Origin: Candidatus Moraniibacteriota bacterium
Lineage (GTDB): Bacteria > Patescibacteriota > Minisyncoccia > Moranbacterales > GCA-2747515
Assembly (NCBI GenBank): GCA_942490825.1
Contig: CALNYG010000005.1
Location: 262,240 to 326,239 of the forward strand
Reading direction: 5' to 3'
DNA length: 64,000 bases
The notes beneath the pieces are model-generated. The model was not told where the DNA came from, searched no databases, and saw nothing but the letters and a program-made list of their open reading frames with translations. Shown here one piece after another: positions 33,901 to 43,997 of the stretch. The translations under genes and the position numbers were made by a program. Every line of letters begins with the position of its first letter. Position 1 is the stretch's first letter.

Positions 33901-36900
33901 ATGAATCGAAAGTACATACGAAAAATAACAACAGGTTTTTTTATTTTTATATTTTTAATGAATTCTGTGCCTTTGTCAGTTTGGGCAATGGTGAGTGAAG
34001 GGGTTGTTGATGATAAAAATGTTGAAAAAGAGAATGTTGTTGTTGATGAAAAATTAGAATTATCTGACGAGAAAATTCCTGAAGTAGATGAGAAAGATAA
34101 AAACGAAGAGAAATCAGTTGAAAAAGATATTGCTGAAGAAATTAAAGATCCTAAAGACTCTGATGGTGGTGAAAAAGTAGTAGAGGAAGATGTTGTTGAG
34201 GATTTTAATGAGAGTGTTAAAAAAGACTCTGATGAAACGGAAAAAGACACCGAAGAACAATTTTCTGAAGAGATTGAAGAGATTGAAGAGATTGAAAAAA
34301 CTGAAGAAACTGAAAAAACTGAAGAGGCTGTAGCTGATGTTGATAAGAATGAAGAAGAAGTAATTGAATTAGATGAAGATAATACTGAATTGGAGACAGT
34401 GACTGAGGATATTGAGAAAGTAGAATTACCTTTAGAATCTGAAAAAGAAGAATTAATTGAAACTACTGTTGATACAGTTAAAGAATTGAATGAGGTAAAA
34501 AAATCTGAAACTTCTGAAGATTCCAAAGAAGAAAAAACACACAATAAAGTTGATTATGAAGTAGAATATTCAGACAATGAGGATGGATCAGTTAGTTTTG
34601 AGATTGATAATAAACAGATCGAAGAAAAAGGAAAAGTGTCTTTTGAATATAAAGATACAGGTTTTGAAGTTGTTTTTTCTGAAATTGAAGAAAATGGAAT
34701 TTTGACTATTAAAGAAATTAAACTTTCTAAAAAAGAAGTCAAAAAATTGAATGCGGTGAGTGATGTTGCTTACGATGTTACTTTAGTTGATGAAAATGGT
34801 GATGAAATTGAAAATGGTACTTTTAAATACGATTTAGTTTTTCCAGTTGAAAATGCTGAAGATAAAAAAGCTAATGTTAAATATGCGGATAATTTATCAG
34901 ATTTAGTTGAGGGTAAAGATGTTAATAATACAGATGAAGATAAGACTGAGGTTAAAGATGATAAAATTGTGGTTGAGGATTTGGATCACTTTACTATTTT
35001 TGTAGCAACTACTCCTGATCCAGATATAAACAGTGTGTTGTTAATTAACGAATTTTTAGTAGATCCAAGCGGAGCAGATAAAGAGTGGGTAGAGTTTTAT
35101 AATAATACAGATTTAATGCTTGACGTTTCAGATTGGTATTTGTTAGATTCAACGGGAACAAAAAGGTTTATTACTTCTTTAGGTACTATTAATGCTAGAG
35201 ATTTCGCAGTGTTAGAAACAGGAGAAGGCTGGCTAAATAATAAGGGCTCTGCTGGATGGGAAACTGAAAGTATTTCTATTTTTGATGACAAGGATATATT
35301 AGTTGATAAGGTTTATTTTAATGATACAATCGGATCTGAAATTGATAATTATCCTTTAGAAGATCAGTCTGTGGGTAGAATTGAAGATGGTGGAAATGAT
35401 TGGGTTTTGTTTGATGTGGATGAAACTACTAAGGGAAAAGGTAATGTACCAACAGGAAAAATTATTTTTACATCTTATGTTTGTTCTGATAGTTTCGCTG
35501 CAGGAATAACAGACTCTTCAACAAAAAACAATTTCAAGCCAGATGTAAATGGAAATGTTAGCGGTGACTTAAGAAGCGAGTGCTCTTTAGTTGGTGGATA
35601 TAACATTGGTCATGGTGATGATGCAACTAGTTTACCTATTCCAGAAACAGGAGTGTCAGTAGGAAAAATTGATGGGAGTGGCGTCTTGGAGGTTGAAGTG
35701 GAAGCTAGAAATGATAAATATGTTTTTGGTCAATTAGATAAAAATGATAAGTGGATTGGATATGAGGATGCTAAAGTTTATAGCGATGAGGTTTTAGGTT
35801 TTGCGTGTACAAGCTCTCCTTCAGGTGGGCTGAGAGATAATAATGCAGAGGCTTTTGTTGTGAAAGCAGGAGAGACTACTTATTGCAATTTGTATGTAGC
35901 AGATGTCATTCTACCAGTTCCAGAACAAACTGGTTACAATCAGGATGATGGTGATGATTATGCAATACCAATTCATCCAAATGAAATTTCTTGCAGTAAT
36001 GAGGCTACAAATATAAATGGAGTTTCTGTTCATTGGACTGATGTCGTTACGGGAAATGTTAATGAATCTGTTTTGAAATATCAAAGACAATATTCTACAA
36101 ATGGAGTTAGTTGGAATGGTTCTGAAATCTATACAAATCCATATACAAATTACAGATCTTTTGGTGGTGGTGCTGGAAATGAAGGAATTTATTATTCTCG
36201 TGTAAGAACATTTATTGATGAAAATAATGATGGTCAATATAATGTTGGAGAGAAATTTTCTGAATGGAGTAATGTTTGTGATATTACTTATGATGCAACA
36301 GCTCCAAATGTGTGGGTTGACGGTTTAAGAAATATAGATGATAATACTCCACAATTAACAGGAACAGTTAACGATCCTGATGCGGTAATCGTAGTTAGTG
36401 TTGATGGAATAAGTTATCCAGCGGTAAATAATGGAGATAACACCTGGACTTTAGCAGATAATACTATTTTTCCAGCTTTAAATGATGGTATTTATGATGT
36501 TGTTGTATCTGCAACAGATCTTGCTGGAAATGTTAGATATGATGAAAGTATTAGTGAATTAAGCATTGATACAACACCTTTGACAATAACTTTAGAAAAT
36601 CCGAACGATGGAGATGTTGTTAATGGAGAAATTGATCTTAAAGCACTTTGTAGCGAAGAATGTGATTATGTAAAATTTTGGTGGAGAAAAGATGATCAAT
36701 TATACTCAAATGTTTCTCCAGATCGAAGATATCATTATATGTATGATGATGGAACAGAATTTGAATGGACTTTGAATTCACTGAATGCCGAAAGATGGGA
36801 CGAAGATCTAAATTATGTTATGAGTGACGGTAAATATTATCTTTATGTTGAGGGAGAGGATCGTTTTGGAAATAAGGCTAAAAGTGAGGAAGTCTTCGTG

Positions 36901-38610
36901 ATTGTAGATAATACTGATCCTGTAATTACTGTGAATAAGTCAGGTTTAATTAATGATAATTCTCCAGAATTGAGTGGAAAAGTTGATGATATGACTGCAA
37001 CGATTGTAGTTACTGTTGGTGGAAATGACTATGTAGCAACTAATAATGGAGATGGTACTTGGACATTAGCTGATAATAATATTTCACCTGCATTAAGTGA
37101 TGGCGTTTATGACGTTATTGCAGTAGCAACAGATTCAGTGGGAAATGTTGGGATTGATAAAACCGTTGATGAACTGACAATTGATACGACAGCACCAATT
37201 TTGAAAGAAATAAATCCAGTTGATTCTTTGATCAATAATAATGCTCCAGAATATATTTTTAGTTCCGATGAAGAAGGAATTATAGCTTATGGAGGATCTT
37301 GTTCAAGTTTAGTTAGTGAAGCAATTGATGGAGAAAATACAATTAATTTTGAAGAATTGGCAGATGGAGTTTATTCAGATTGTACAATTACTGTAACTGA
37401 TAAGGCTGGTAATACAAGCGATATTTTAAATGTTTCGGAATTTATTATTGATACAGAAAAGCCGACTGCAAGTCAATTAAGTGATAAAATCTTCAATGAG
37501 GGAAATAATACACCTTTGGTAACAGTTGCGGGTAATGATAATTTAGAAGTTGAAACTTTTTGTTTTAGTGTCATAGATCAGAATGGTGATCAATTTTTAA
37601 CGGAGACTTGTGATAGTTCTGGATCAGGCGTGAAATATGGCTGGAATACATTTTTAGGATTGCCAACGATATTTGATACTTCAATGATTCCAGAAGGTGC
37701 TTATACAATTAATTACTATATTAAAGATACAGCTGGTAATGTTAGTGATAATTATTCAGTGGTTTATACTTTAAACAATGTTGCTCCGAGTGTTGAATTT
37801 TCTGTTTCTGATGATGATATCGATGAGGATGATAAGGGTCATTTTAGTGGTTCTTTTACTGATCCTAGCACTAAAGATGCTGGTGATAATGTCTTTGATG
37901 ATTCTGAATGGTATGCAACTATAAATTATGGTGAAGGTGAAGATGTATATTTGGGAACATTTTCAAATGAATCTTCAATTTCTATTCCTAAACATAAGTA
38001 CAAGCATGATGGAGACTTTGTTGCAAAATTAACAGTTTGTGAATCTGATACAAATTTATCTAGTGAAAAAAAATGTACTTCCAAAGAAGTGTCTATTGAA
38101 GTAGATGATAAGAAAGATGATAAGAAAGACGATAATAAAGATGAAAATGATGAAATAGTTATTCCTGTTAATACTTATAATAATTTTATACCATCTTACA
38201 ACGATTCTATTAGTAGTATAGTTGATCAAAACGATGAAGAAGTTCAGGAAGTGATAATAGAAGAAGTTGAAAAATCAAAACCCGTTGTTAAAGTTGAAGA
38301 AAAAAAGCCAGAGGTTAAAGGTATTGTGGCTGGTGAACAGACTTGTCAGAACAAGTGGCCAATATGGGCATGGATCTTGCTTTTATTTGCATTTTTGGGA
38401 ATAACATCTTTGATTGGTTATGGCACAAAAACTAAAGATGAAAATGCTTCAAGTATTTTTTGGCAAGTTGCACTGATGATTGCTGCATTATTAATTTGGT
38501 ATTTCTTTGATGTTTGTCGAGTATTTATTTGGTTCCCGATTTTATCAGTTGTTGGTGGAGCAGTGATAGCAACTGTTTTTTACAAAGAAGAAGAGGTGTC
38601 TCAAAAATAG
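33901..38610 (+). CDS. giant surface protein: acidic repeats + lamin-tail domain + bacterial Ig-like repeats + PKD-like domain + C-terminal TM helices
   Basis: 1569 aa. Signal peptide, E/D/K-rich region, LTD (LLINEFLVDPSGADKEWVEFYNNTDLMLDVSDWYL). Paralogous Ig-like units at ~36291-36590 and ~36907-37200 (DNTPQLTGTVNDPDAVIVVSVDG / DNSPELSGKVDDMTATIVVTVGG ... DTT(A)P). PKD-like end (GDFVAKLTVCESD), then 3 TM helices. Confidence 0.85.
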   Translation: MNRKYIRKITTGFFIFIFLMNSVPLSVWAMVSEGVVDDKNVEKENVVVDEKLELSDEKIPEVDEKDKNEEKSVEKDIAEEIKDPKDSDGGEKVVEEDVVEDFNESVKKDSDETEKDTEEQFSEEIEEIEEIEKTEETEKTEEAVADVDKNEEEVIELDEDNTELETVTEDIEKVELPLESEKEELIETTVDTVKELNEVKKSETSEDSKEEKTHNKVDYEVEYSDNEDGSVSFEIDNKQIEEKGKVSFEYKDTGFEVVFSEIEENGILTIKEIKLSKKEVKKLNAVSDVAYDVTLVDENGDEIENGTFKYDLVFPVENAEDKKANVKYADNLSDLVEGKDVNNTDEDKTEVKDDKIVVEDLDHFTIFVATTPDPDINSVLLINEFLVDPSGADKEWVEFYNNTDLMLDVSDWYLLDSTGTKRFITSLGTINARDFAVLETGEGWLNNKGSAGWETESISIFDDKDILVDKVYFNDTIGSEIDNYPLEDQSVGRIEDGGNDWVLFDVDETTKGKGNVPTGKIIFTSYVCSDSFAAGITDSSTKNNFKPDVNGNVSGDLRSECSLVGGYNIGHGDDATSLPIPETGVSVGKIDGSGVLEVEVEARNDKYVFGQLDKNDKWIGYEDAKVYSDEVLGFACTSSPSGGLRDNNAEAFVVKAGETTYCNLYVADVILPVPEQTGYNQDDGDDYAIPIHPNEISCSNEATNINGVSVHWTDVVTGNVNESVLKYQRQYSTNGVSWNGSEIYTNPYTNYRSFGGGAGNEGIYYSRVRTFIDENNDGQYNVGEKFSEWSNVCDITYDATAPNVWVDGLRNIDDNTPQLTGTVNDPDAVIVVSVDGISYPAVNNGDNTWTLADNTIFPALNDGIYDVVVSATDLAGNVRYDESISELSIDTTPLTITLENPNDGDVVNGEIDLKALCSEECDYVKFWWRKDDQLYSNVSPDRRYHYMYDDGTEFEWTLNSLNAERWDEDLNYVMSDGKYYLYVEGEDRFGNKAKSEEVFVIVDNTDPVITVNKSGLINDNSPELSGKVDDMTATIVVTVGGNDYVATNNGDGTWTLADNNISPALSDGVYDVIAVATDSVGNVGIDKTVDELTIDTTAPILKEINPVDSLINNNAPEYIFSSDEEGIIAYGGSCSSLVSEAIDGENTINFEELADGVYSDCTITVTDKAGNTSDILNVSEFIIDTEKPTASQLSDKIFNEGNNTPLVTVAGNDNLEVETFCFSVIDQNGDQFLTETCDSSGSGVKYGWNTFLGLPTIFDTSMIPEGAYTINYYIKDTAGNVSDNYSVVYTLNNVAPSVEFSVSDDDIDEDDKGHFSGSFTDPSTKDAGDNVFDDSEWYATINYGEGEDVYLGTFSNESSISIPKHKYKHDGDFVAKLTVCESDTNLSSEKKCTSKEVSIEVDDKKDDKKDDNKDENDEIVIPVNTYNNFIPSYNDSISSIVDQNDEEVQEVIIEEVEKSKPVVKVEEKKPEVKGIVAGEQTCQNKWPIWAWILLLFAFLGITSLIGYGTKTKDENASSIFWQVALMIAALLIWYFFDVCRVFIWFPILSVVGGAVIATVFYKEEEVSQK

Positions 38611-38670
38611 TAAAATATTTAACAGATTCAGTAATAAAAAATCACTCATTAATTTGAGTGATTTTTTATT

Positions 38671-38958
38671 TTATAAATTTTCTGGTTTTATTAATTCTCC
38701 TGTTTTTGGATTGTACTTTATGTTGTAAGGTTCTAAAATTCTTGGAATTTTCAGTGGAATTTTTTTTGGAAATTCACCGCCTTGTTGACGATAAGATTCT
38801 GAGTATGTTTTTACCGTCGAAGATATTTTATTCCAAGCTTTTTGAGTATTTTTTTCACTGAAGGTTTTTAAGTTTTGATATTTTATTAATATAAAAATAA
38901 ATATAATAAATGTGCCGAGTACTATAAAAAGGATGTTATTGTAAATAAATTCTTTCAT
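38671..38958 (-). CDS. small membrane-anchored hypothetical protein
   Basis: 95 aa with an N-terminal TM helix. Lies 10 nt downstream of tatD on the same strand. Confidence 0.5.
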   Translation of the reverse strand: MKEFIYNNILFIVLGTFIIFIFILIKYQNLKTFSEKNTQKAWNKISSTVKTYSESYRQQGGEFPKKIPLKIPRILEPYNIKYNPKTGELIKPENL

Positions 38959-38967
38959 GAGATAATT

Positions 38968-39789
38968 TTAAATTTTAAAAGTCAATTTTGCGTTTTTTGT
39001 TGTTTGATTGATAACTTCTTCTGTTTTAATGTTTTTAACTTCAGCAATTTTTTGAGCAACAATTTTAACATTAACTGGCTCATTTCTATCATTGCGGGGT
39101 AGAGGTTTTGGTGTTAAATATGGAGCGTCCGTTTCGATTAAAATATCTTTTAGGTCACAATTTTTGATTAGTTTATCGTAAGATTCTGAATAAGTTACAA
39201 TTCCATTTAATCCAATTTTGAATCCTAAATCTAAAAATTTTTGAGCTGTTTTCCAGCTTCCAATAAAACTATGAATAACACCTATTTGATAATCAATTTT
39301 ATTATTTTCAAAAAAATCATTTAATATTTCTAATAAATCTTCATAGGCATCCCAACAATGAATGATTAAAGGCTTTTTTGTTTCATAAGATATTTTTAGG
39401 AACTCTTCAAAAATTTCTTTTTGTAATTTTTTTAGAGACTCTATTTCGTGACCTTCTTCAAAATGGTGATAATCTAAGCCAACTTCTCCGATGGCAACTA
39501 CTTTATTTTTTTGGGATAGTTCCAAATATTTTTGATATTCAAATTTTTCTACATTATTTTCGTCGCCTAAGCTTTCAATGGGAAAAAGGTGAATGGGGTG
39601 TAAGCCAATAGCTGCATAAACACCTTCTTTATATTTTTGGGCATAGTCGATTGCTCGTTGGCTGGTGCGACTTTCTGATCCGACGTTGATCATCCAAACT
39701 TTTTCTTTTAATGATTTCTTTATTATTTTATCGCCATCATTTTTGAAAGCGTTGAAGTTTACGTGAGTGTGAGTGTCGATTGTTTGCAT
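38968..39789 (-). CDS. tatD: TatD-family metal-dependent hydrolase/DNase
   Basis: IDTHTHVNF, GEVGLDYHH, LIIHCWDA, ETDAPYLTP. Confidence 0.9.
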   Translation of the reverse strand: MQTIDTHTHVNFNAFKNDGDKIIKKSLKEKVWMINVGSESRTSQRAIDYAQKYKEGVYAAIGLHPIHLFPIESLGDENNVEKFEYQKYLELSQKNKVVAIGEVGLDYHHFEEGHEIESLKKLQKEIFEEFLKISYETKKPLIIHCWDAYEDLLEILNDFFENNKIDYQIGVIHSFIGSWKTAQKFLDLGFKIGLNGIVTYSESYDKLIKNCDLKDILIETDAPYLTPKPLPRNDRNEPVNVKIVAQKIAEVKNIKTEEVINQTTKNAKLTFKI

Positions 39790-39878
39790 AGTGTTAGATT
39801 TACGATTTATGAATTAAGAATAGAAATGAGAATTTTAATTAAATTTATCAATGCTTATAATTTACAGGTAATATAACT

Positions 39879-40039
39879 TATCATTCTGAACGAAATAATT
39901 TTTATGAAATAAAAATTATGTAGTGAAGAATCTTAATGAGTTTTTCTGATATTATAACTTGAAAGCTTTGATATTTTTTTAGGAGATTCTTCACTTCTTT
40001 ATTTTTTTTAACAAAAAAATAAATCCGTTCAGAATGACA
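39879..40039 (+). repeat. nested-palindrome element (NPE), canonical architecture with alternative hairpins
   Basis: TATCATTCTGAAC; ATAATTTTTAT-GAA-ATAAAAATTAT; GTAGTGAAGAATCT; spacer; GAGATTCTTCACT; TTTATTTTTTTT-AAC-AAAAAAATAAA; CGTTCAGAATGACA. Confidence 0.9.
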
Positions 40040-40067
40040 GAAAATTTTTGACATTGCGGAATAAAAA

Positions 40068-40862
40068 TTAAGTCAATTCTTTTTCTAATTTTTTCCAATC
40101 ATCGATTGAAAGTTCTTGGGCACGGATATTTTTTTTAAGATTAAATTTCTCAAGAATATTTTCAATATCTTTTTTATCAAGTTGGAGACCGTTGACTAAA
40201 TTATTACATAAAGTTTTTCTTTTTGCACTAAATCCTATTTTAACTATACGAAAGAATTTTTTGTCTTCTTCGGTTTTTTTATTTCTTATTTCTAACTTAA
40301 CTATGGCACTGTCTACTTTCGGAGATGGATCAAATTCTTCTCTTCCTACGGTGAAAAGATAATTTACATCAGCATAATATTGAGCAGAAATTCCGAGGAT
40401 GCTCAATTTTCCAGGTTCGGCTGCGAGGCGTTCGGCAACTTCTTTTTGTACCATTAAAATAATTTCGGTTGGAGGATTTTCTAGTCCGAGAAATAATCTG
40501 ATGATTGGTGCTGTAATATAGTAGGGGATGTTAGCGACTACTTTATATTTTTCAGATTTTAGATTAAATTTTTCAAAGAATTCAACCATGTTTATATTTA
40601 AAATTCCATCGTGAACTATTTCGATATTTTTAGTGTTTTTAAATTTGTCTTTTAAAATTGGAATAAGGCGATTGTCTATTTCAATTGCAATTACTTTTTT
40701 TGATTTTTCGACTAGTGATTCAGTTAAGATTCCTTCACCTGGCCCAATTTCTATTACAGTATCTTCATTTGTTAAATTGGCATTTTTTACAATGTCTTTA
40801 ATAATCTCAGTATTAGTCAAGAAATTTTGCCCGAGTGATTTTTTGTGTTCGAATTTTTTCAT
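40068..40862 (-). CDS. rsmA: 16S rRNA (adenine1518/1519-N6)-dimethyltransferase
   Basis: KSLGQNFL, VIEIGPGEGILT, VANIPYYIT. Confidence 0.95.
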   Translation of the reverse strand: MKKFEHKKSLGQNFLTNTEIIKDIVKNANLTNEDTVIEIGPGEGILTESLVEKSKKVIAIEIDNRLIPILKDKFKNTKNIEIVHDGILNINMVEFFEKFNLKSEKYKVVANIPYYITAPIIRLFLGLENPPTEIILMVQKEVAERLAAEPGKLSILGISAQYYADVNYLFTVGREEFDPSPKVDSAIVKLEIRNKKTEEDKKFFRIVKIGFSAKRKTLCNNLVNGLQLDKKDIENILEKFNLKKNIRAQELSIDDWKKLEKELT

Positions 40863-40970
40863 GATTACAGTTTTAATTTTTTAAATATTGAATGTTCTAC
40901 TTTACACTTAGAATAAAGCAATTTTGTTAAATGTCCAAATTTTTGTAGAGGTTCAAGATCTTAAACCTTG

Positions 40971-41015
40971 AAAAGCCCGTGCGGCGAGCCTGCCTGTTGC
41001 ATGGCAGACAGGCAC
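40971..41015 (+). repeat. Box-A repeat, filled form (enlarged loop)
   Basis: AAAAGCCCGTGCGGCGAGC-CTGCCTGTTGCATGGCAGACAGGC-AC, preceded by the near-palindrome AGGTTCAAGATCTTAAACCT. 88 nt upstream of 41103, in a divergent intergenic region. Confidence 0.9.
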
Positions 41016-41102
41016 AGTATTTTTTTGAAAATAAATTTTTGGACAAAAAAAGTTATTTTGTGATAGAATGAAGACTTATTAAATATATCTTATAATTCTA
41101 GT

Positions 41103-43547
41103 ATGAAACCTAAAGCGGAATGTTTTCACTTTTGTGGATACAAAATTGATTCGGAAAATAAAGAGATTGCTTTTAAATATAAAATAGAATTTTCTAATCG
41201 AGAGCCTCTTGAGTTTGTTGATAAAATGATTTTGCCTGAGGCGACAGAAAAAATTAGAGAGGAAAAATTTAAGATAATTCTTGAGTCTTTGGAAATTATT
41301 TTAGGAATAAGTTATTACAAACTTTATTGTCCTTCAGAAGTTTCTCTTTCGCATGAATTATCTAAAGAGCAGGCGGAATTTTGGAACATTGTTTATAGAA
41401 AGGGTTTGGGAGAATTTTTGTATAGAAATCAATTGGATCCTGAAGGAATGGCTAAATTTCCGTATTCAGAAGTGGAAGTTTCACCAATTTCATTTGAGGT
41501 AAAGAATAAAATTCTTTTGGGAATTGGAGGAGGAAAAGATTCTATTGTTGCTTCGGAGTTATTGAAAGATTTCGATGTTATATCTTTTTTGATTGAAACT
41601 CAAAGAACAGATGAATTGTCTGAAAGTGTTTCTGAAATTATTGGAAATCCTATTTTAAGAATTCGACGAGAATTGGATTCGAAAATATTTGAAAAGCACG
41701 AAGGTTCTTATAATGGACACATTCCTATTTCAGCAGTTTTTGCTTTTACGGGACTTTTGACTTCGGCACTTTATGGTTATAAATATATTGTTGTGGCTAA
41801 TGAGTTTAGTAGTAATTTTGGAAATATTGAATATTGTGGTGAGACGGTGAATCATCAGTGGAGTAAGTCTATGGAATTTGAATTGATGTTACAAGAATAT
41901 ACTAGAAAATTTATAACTCCTGATATTAAATATTTTTCACTCATTCGTCAGTTTAGCGAACTTAGAGTATCTAAAATATTTTCTCAATATAAAAAATATT
42001 TTTCTGTGTTTTCAAGCTGTAATAAAAATGTTCGAATTTACAAAGATCGTCCTGAAACTTTGTGGTGTGGGGAGTGTCCTAAATGTGCTTTTGTGTTTTT
42101 AATGTTAGCTGCATTTTTGAGCGAGAAAGAGCTTTTAAAAATTTTTGGTAAAAATCTATTTGAGGAGAAATCTTTAGTTTCTTTGTTTAATGATCTACTC
42201 GGATTTGGAGAGCTTAAACCTTTTGATTGTGTGGGGACTTTTGAAGAATCGCAAGCGGCTTTATTTTTAGCTTCGGAAAAATTTAAGGATACTTTGGTGA
42301 TAAAAACATTTTTGCCAAAAATTAAAAATCCAGAAAAAATTGTTAAGAAAGTTTTGAAAACTAGCTTTGCATCGACCCTTCCAACACCTTTTCGTTTTTT
42401 AGGAATTGATAATGTTTGTATTTTAGGTTACGGAAAAGAAGGAAAAGTTTCAGAAAAATATATTCAAAAAAATTATCCTGATTTAAAAATAGGAATTTTA
42501 GACCAGAGTTTAGATGAAAATTATTTAGAGAAACAGGAACATTATGATTTGGCTATCAAAACTCCTGGAATTTTGAGAGAAAAAGTTATTATTCCGTATG
42601 TTACAGCAACAAATATTTTCTTTTCTCAAAATAAAAATTTTACAATTGGAGTTACAGGCAGTAAGGGAAAAAGCACGACGACTAGTTTGATTTACGAAAT
42701 TTTAAAAGAAGCTGGTAAAAAGGTTCGCTCAGTGGGAAATATTGGGAATCCAATGTTGGAAATTACTTTTTTCAAAATTGATCCAGAAGAAATTTTTGTT
42801 ATTGAGCTTTCTAGCTACATGTTGGATGATGTTGAATATTCACCGAATATTGCTGTTCTTTTAAATTTATTTCCTGAGCATTTAAATTATCATGGTGATG
42901 CTAAAAAGTATTATAAAGCTAAAAGAAATATATTTAAATTTCAAAAGTCTACGGATTATGCAATTGAACCGCCATTTGCAAACAATTATCTAGTTGAAAA
43001 AGCTGATTTTATTTTACTAGGAAAACACAATAAAGAAAATATTAAAGCTGCTATTGAGGTTGCTAAGATTTTAAATATTGATGATTCTGTTATTGAGAAA
43101 GCTTTGAATAAATTTAAACCATTGTCACATCGTTTAGAGCTTATTGGTAAGTTTAATGATATATATTTTTATGATGATGCAAATGCGGCTATACCAGAAG
43201 CGACTATTGCAGCTATTGAGGCGTTAAAAAATGTTGATACTATTTTTCTAGGCGGGGAAGATCGTGGTTATAATTTTATTGAATTGGAAAAAACTTTGCG
43301 AGATTATAATGTTAAAAATATTGTTTTGTTTCCGGATAGTGGTAAGCGTATGTTAAAGTCTCGAGAGGGTTTTAATATTTTAGAAACGGAGAGTATGGAG
43401 GAAGCAGTTGAATTTGCTTATGAGAATACTGAAAAGGGTAAGATTTGTTTGTTGTCGATGGCGTCGCCGAGTTATTCTTTGTGGAAGAATTTTGAAGAGA
43501 AAGGGGATTTGTTTCAGGATTGGGTTAAGAAATATTCAGATGATTAA
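41103..43547 (+). CDS. murD: fusion protein: N-terminal PP-loop (SGGKDS-like) ATP-pyrophosphatase-type domain (MurL-like?) + C-terminal UDP-N-acetylmuramoylalanine--glutamate ligase (MurD)
   Basis: aa ~425-814 form the Mur ligase: ILGYGKEGK Rossmann, GVTGSKGKSTTTS P-loop, LNLFPEHLNYHG, DDANAA. aa 1-424 contain ILLGIGGGKDSIVASELL (PP-loop) and CGECPKCAF. Confidence 0.85.
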   Translation: MKPKAECFHFCGYKIDSENKEIAFKYKIEFSNREPLEFVDKMILPEATEKIREEKFKIILESLEIILGISYYKLYCPSEVSLSHELSKEQAEFWNIVYRKGLGEFLYRNQLDPEGMAKFPYSEVEVSPISFEVKNKILLGIGGGKDSIVASELLKDFDVISFLIETQRTDELSESVSEIIGNPILRIRRELDSKIFEKHEGSYNGHIPISAVFAFTGLLTSALYGYKYIVVANEFSSNFGNIEYCGETVNHQWSKSMEFELMLQEYTRKFITPDIKYFSLIRQFSELRVSKIFSQYKKYFSVFSSCNKNVRIYKDRPETLWCGECPKCAFVFLMLAAFLSEKELLKIFGKNLFEEKSLVSLFNDLLGFGELKPFDCVGTFEESQAALFLASEKFKDTLVIKTFLPKIKNPEKIVKKVLKTSFASTLPTPFRFLGIDNVCILGYGKEGKVSEKYIQKNYPDLKIGILDQSLDENYLEKQEHYDLAIKTPGILREKVIIPYVTATNIFFSQNKNFTIGVTGSKGKSTTTSLIYEILKEAGKKVRSVGNIGNPMLEITFFKIDPEEIFVIELSSYMLDDVEYSPNIAVLLNLFPEHLNYHGDAKKYYKAKRNIFKFQKSTDYAIEPPFANNYLVEKADFILLGKHNKENIKAAIEVAKILNIDDSVIEKALNKFKPLSHRLELIGKFNDIYFYDDANAAIPEATIAAIEALKNVDTIFLGGEDRGYNFIELEKTLRDYNVKNIVLFPDSGKRMLKSREGFNILETESMEEAVEFAYENTEKGKICLLSMASPSYSLWKNFEEKGDLFQDWVKKYSDD

Positions 43548-43596
43548 TATTTAAATTAAAAACTTGATCATAGAAATTTTTAATTTTATGTATCAT

Positions 43597-43614
43597 GGCC
43601 CGTGCGGCGAGCAC
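43597..43614 (+). repeat. Box-A repeat, empty form
   Basis: TATGTATCATGGCCCGTGCGGCGAGCAC, 78 nt upstream of the glutaredoxin-like gene. Confidence 0.9.
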
Positions 43615-43691
43615 AATTATTTTTTGAAACAAAAATGATTTCATGGTAATATAATCATTGTAAGTAAATAATTCATAAAAACAATAAAAAT

Positions 43692-43940
43692 ATGGCTGAA
43701 ATAACTATTTATTCAACACCAACTTGCGGATTTTGTACTTTGGCGAAGGATTTCTTAAAAGAAAAAGGAGTAGAATTTAAAGAAATTGATGTTTCAGTAG
43801 ATCAAGAAGAGGCACAAAAAATGGTAGACAAAACAGGGCAAATGGGCGTACCAGTAATCATTATCAACAAAGACGGAAAAGAAGACGTTATTGTCGGTTT
43901 TGATCAGGCTCAATTGATGACTATTTTAGGAATTGAGTAG
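43692..43940 (+). CDS. glutaredoxin-like protein (NrdH/YruB type)
   Basis: 82 aa. TPTCGFC redox motif and GVPVI. Confidence 0.85.
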   Translation: MAEITIYSTPTCGFCTLAKDFLKEKGVEFKEIDVSVDQEEAQKMVDKTGQMGVPVIIINKDGKEDVIVGFDQAQLMTILGIE

Positions 43941-43965
43941 TTTTGTTAGATCTAACGTTAAAAAT

Positions 43966-43997
43966 AAAACAAGAGTTTTAATTAACTCTTGTTTTTT
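43966..43997 (+). terminator. rho-independent terminator-like hairpin
   Basis: AACAAGAGTT-TTAATT-AACTCTTGTT followed by T6, 26 nt after the glutaredoxin-like stop. Confidence 0.6.

Noticed and set aside
33855-34544. 229-aa Ser/Phe-rich ORF on the minus strand
   Set aside because: It is antisense to the Glu/Asp/Lys-rich N-terminal region of the giant surface protein (GAA/GAT read backwards gives TTC/ATC/TCx). No start context or family resemblance.
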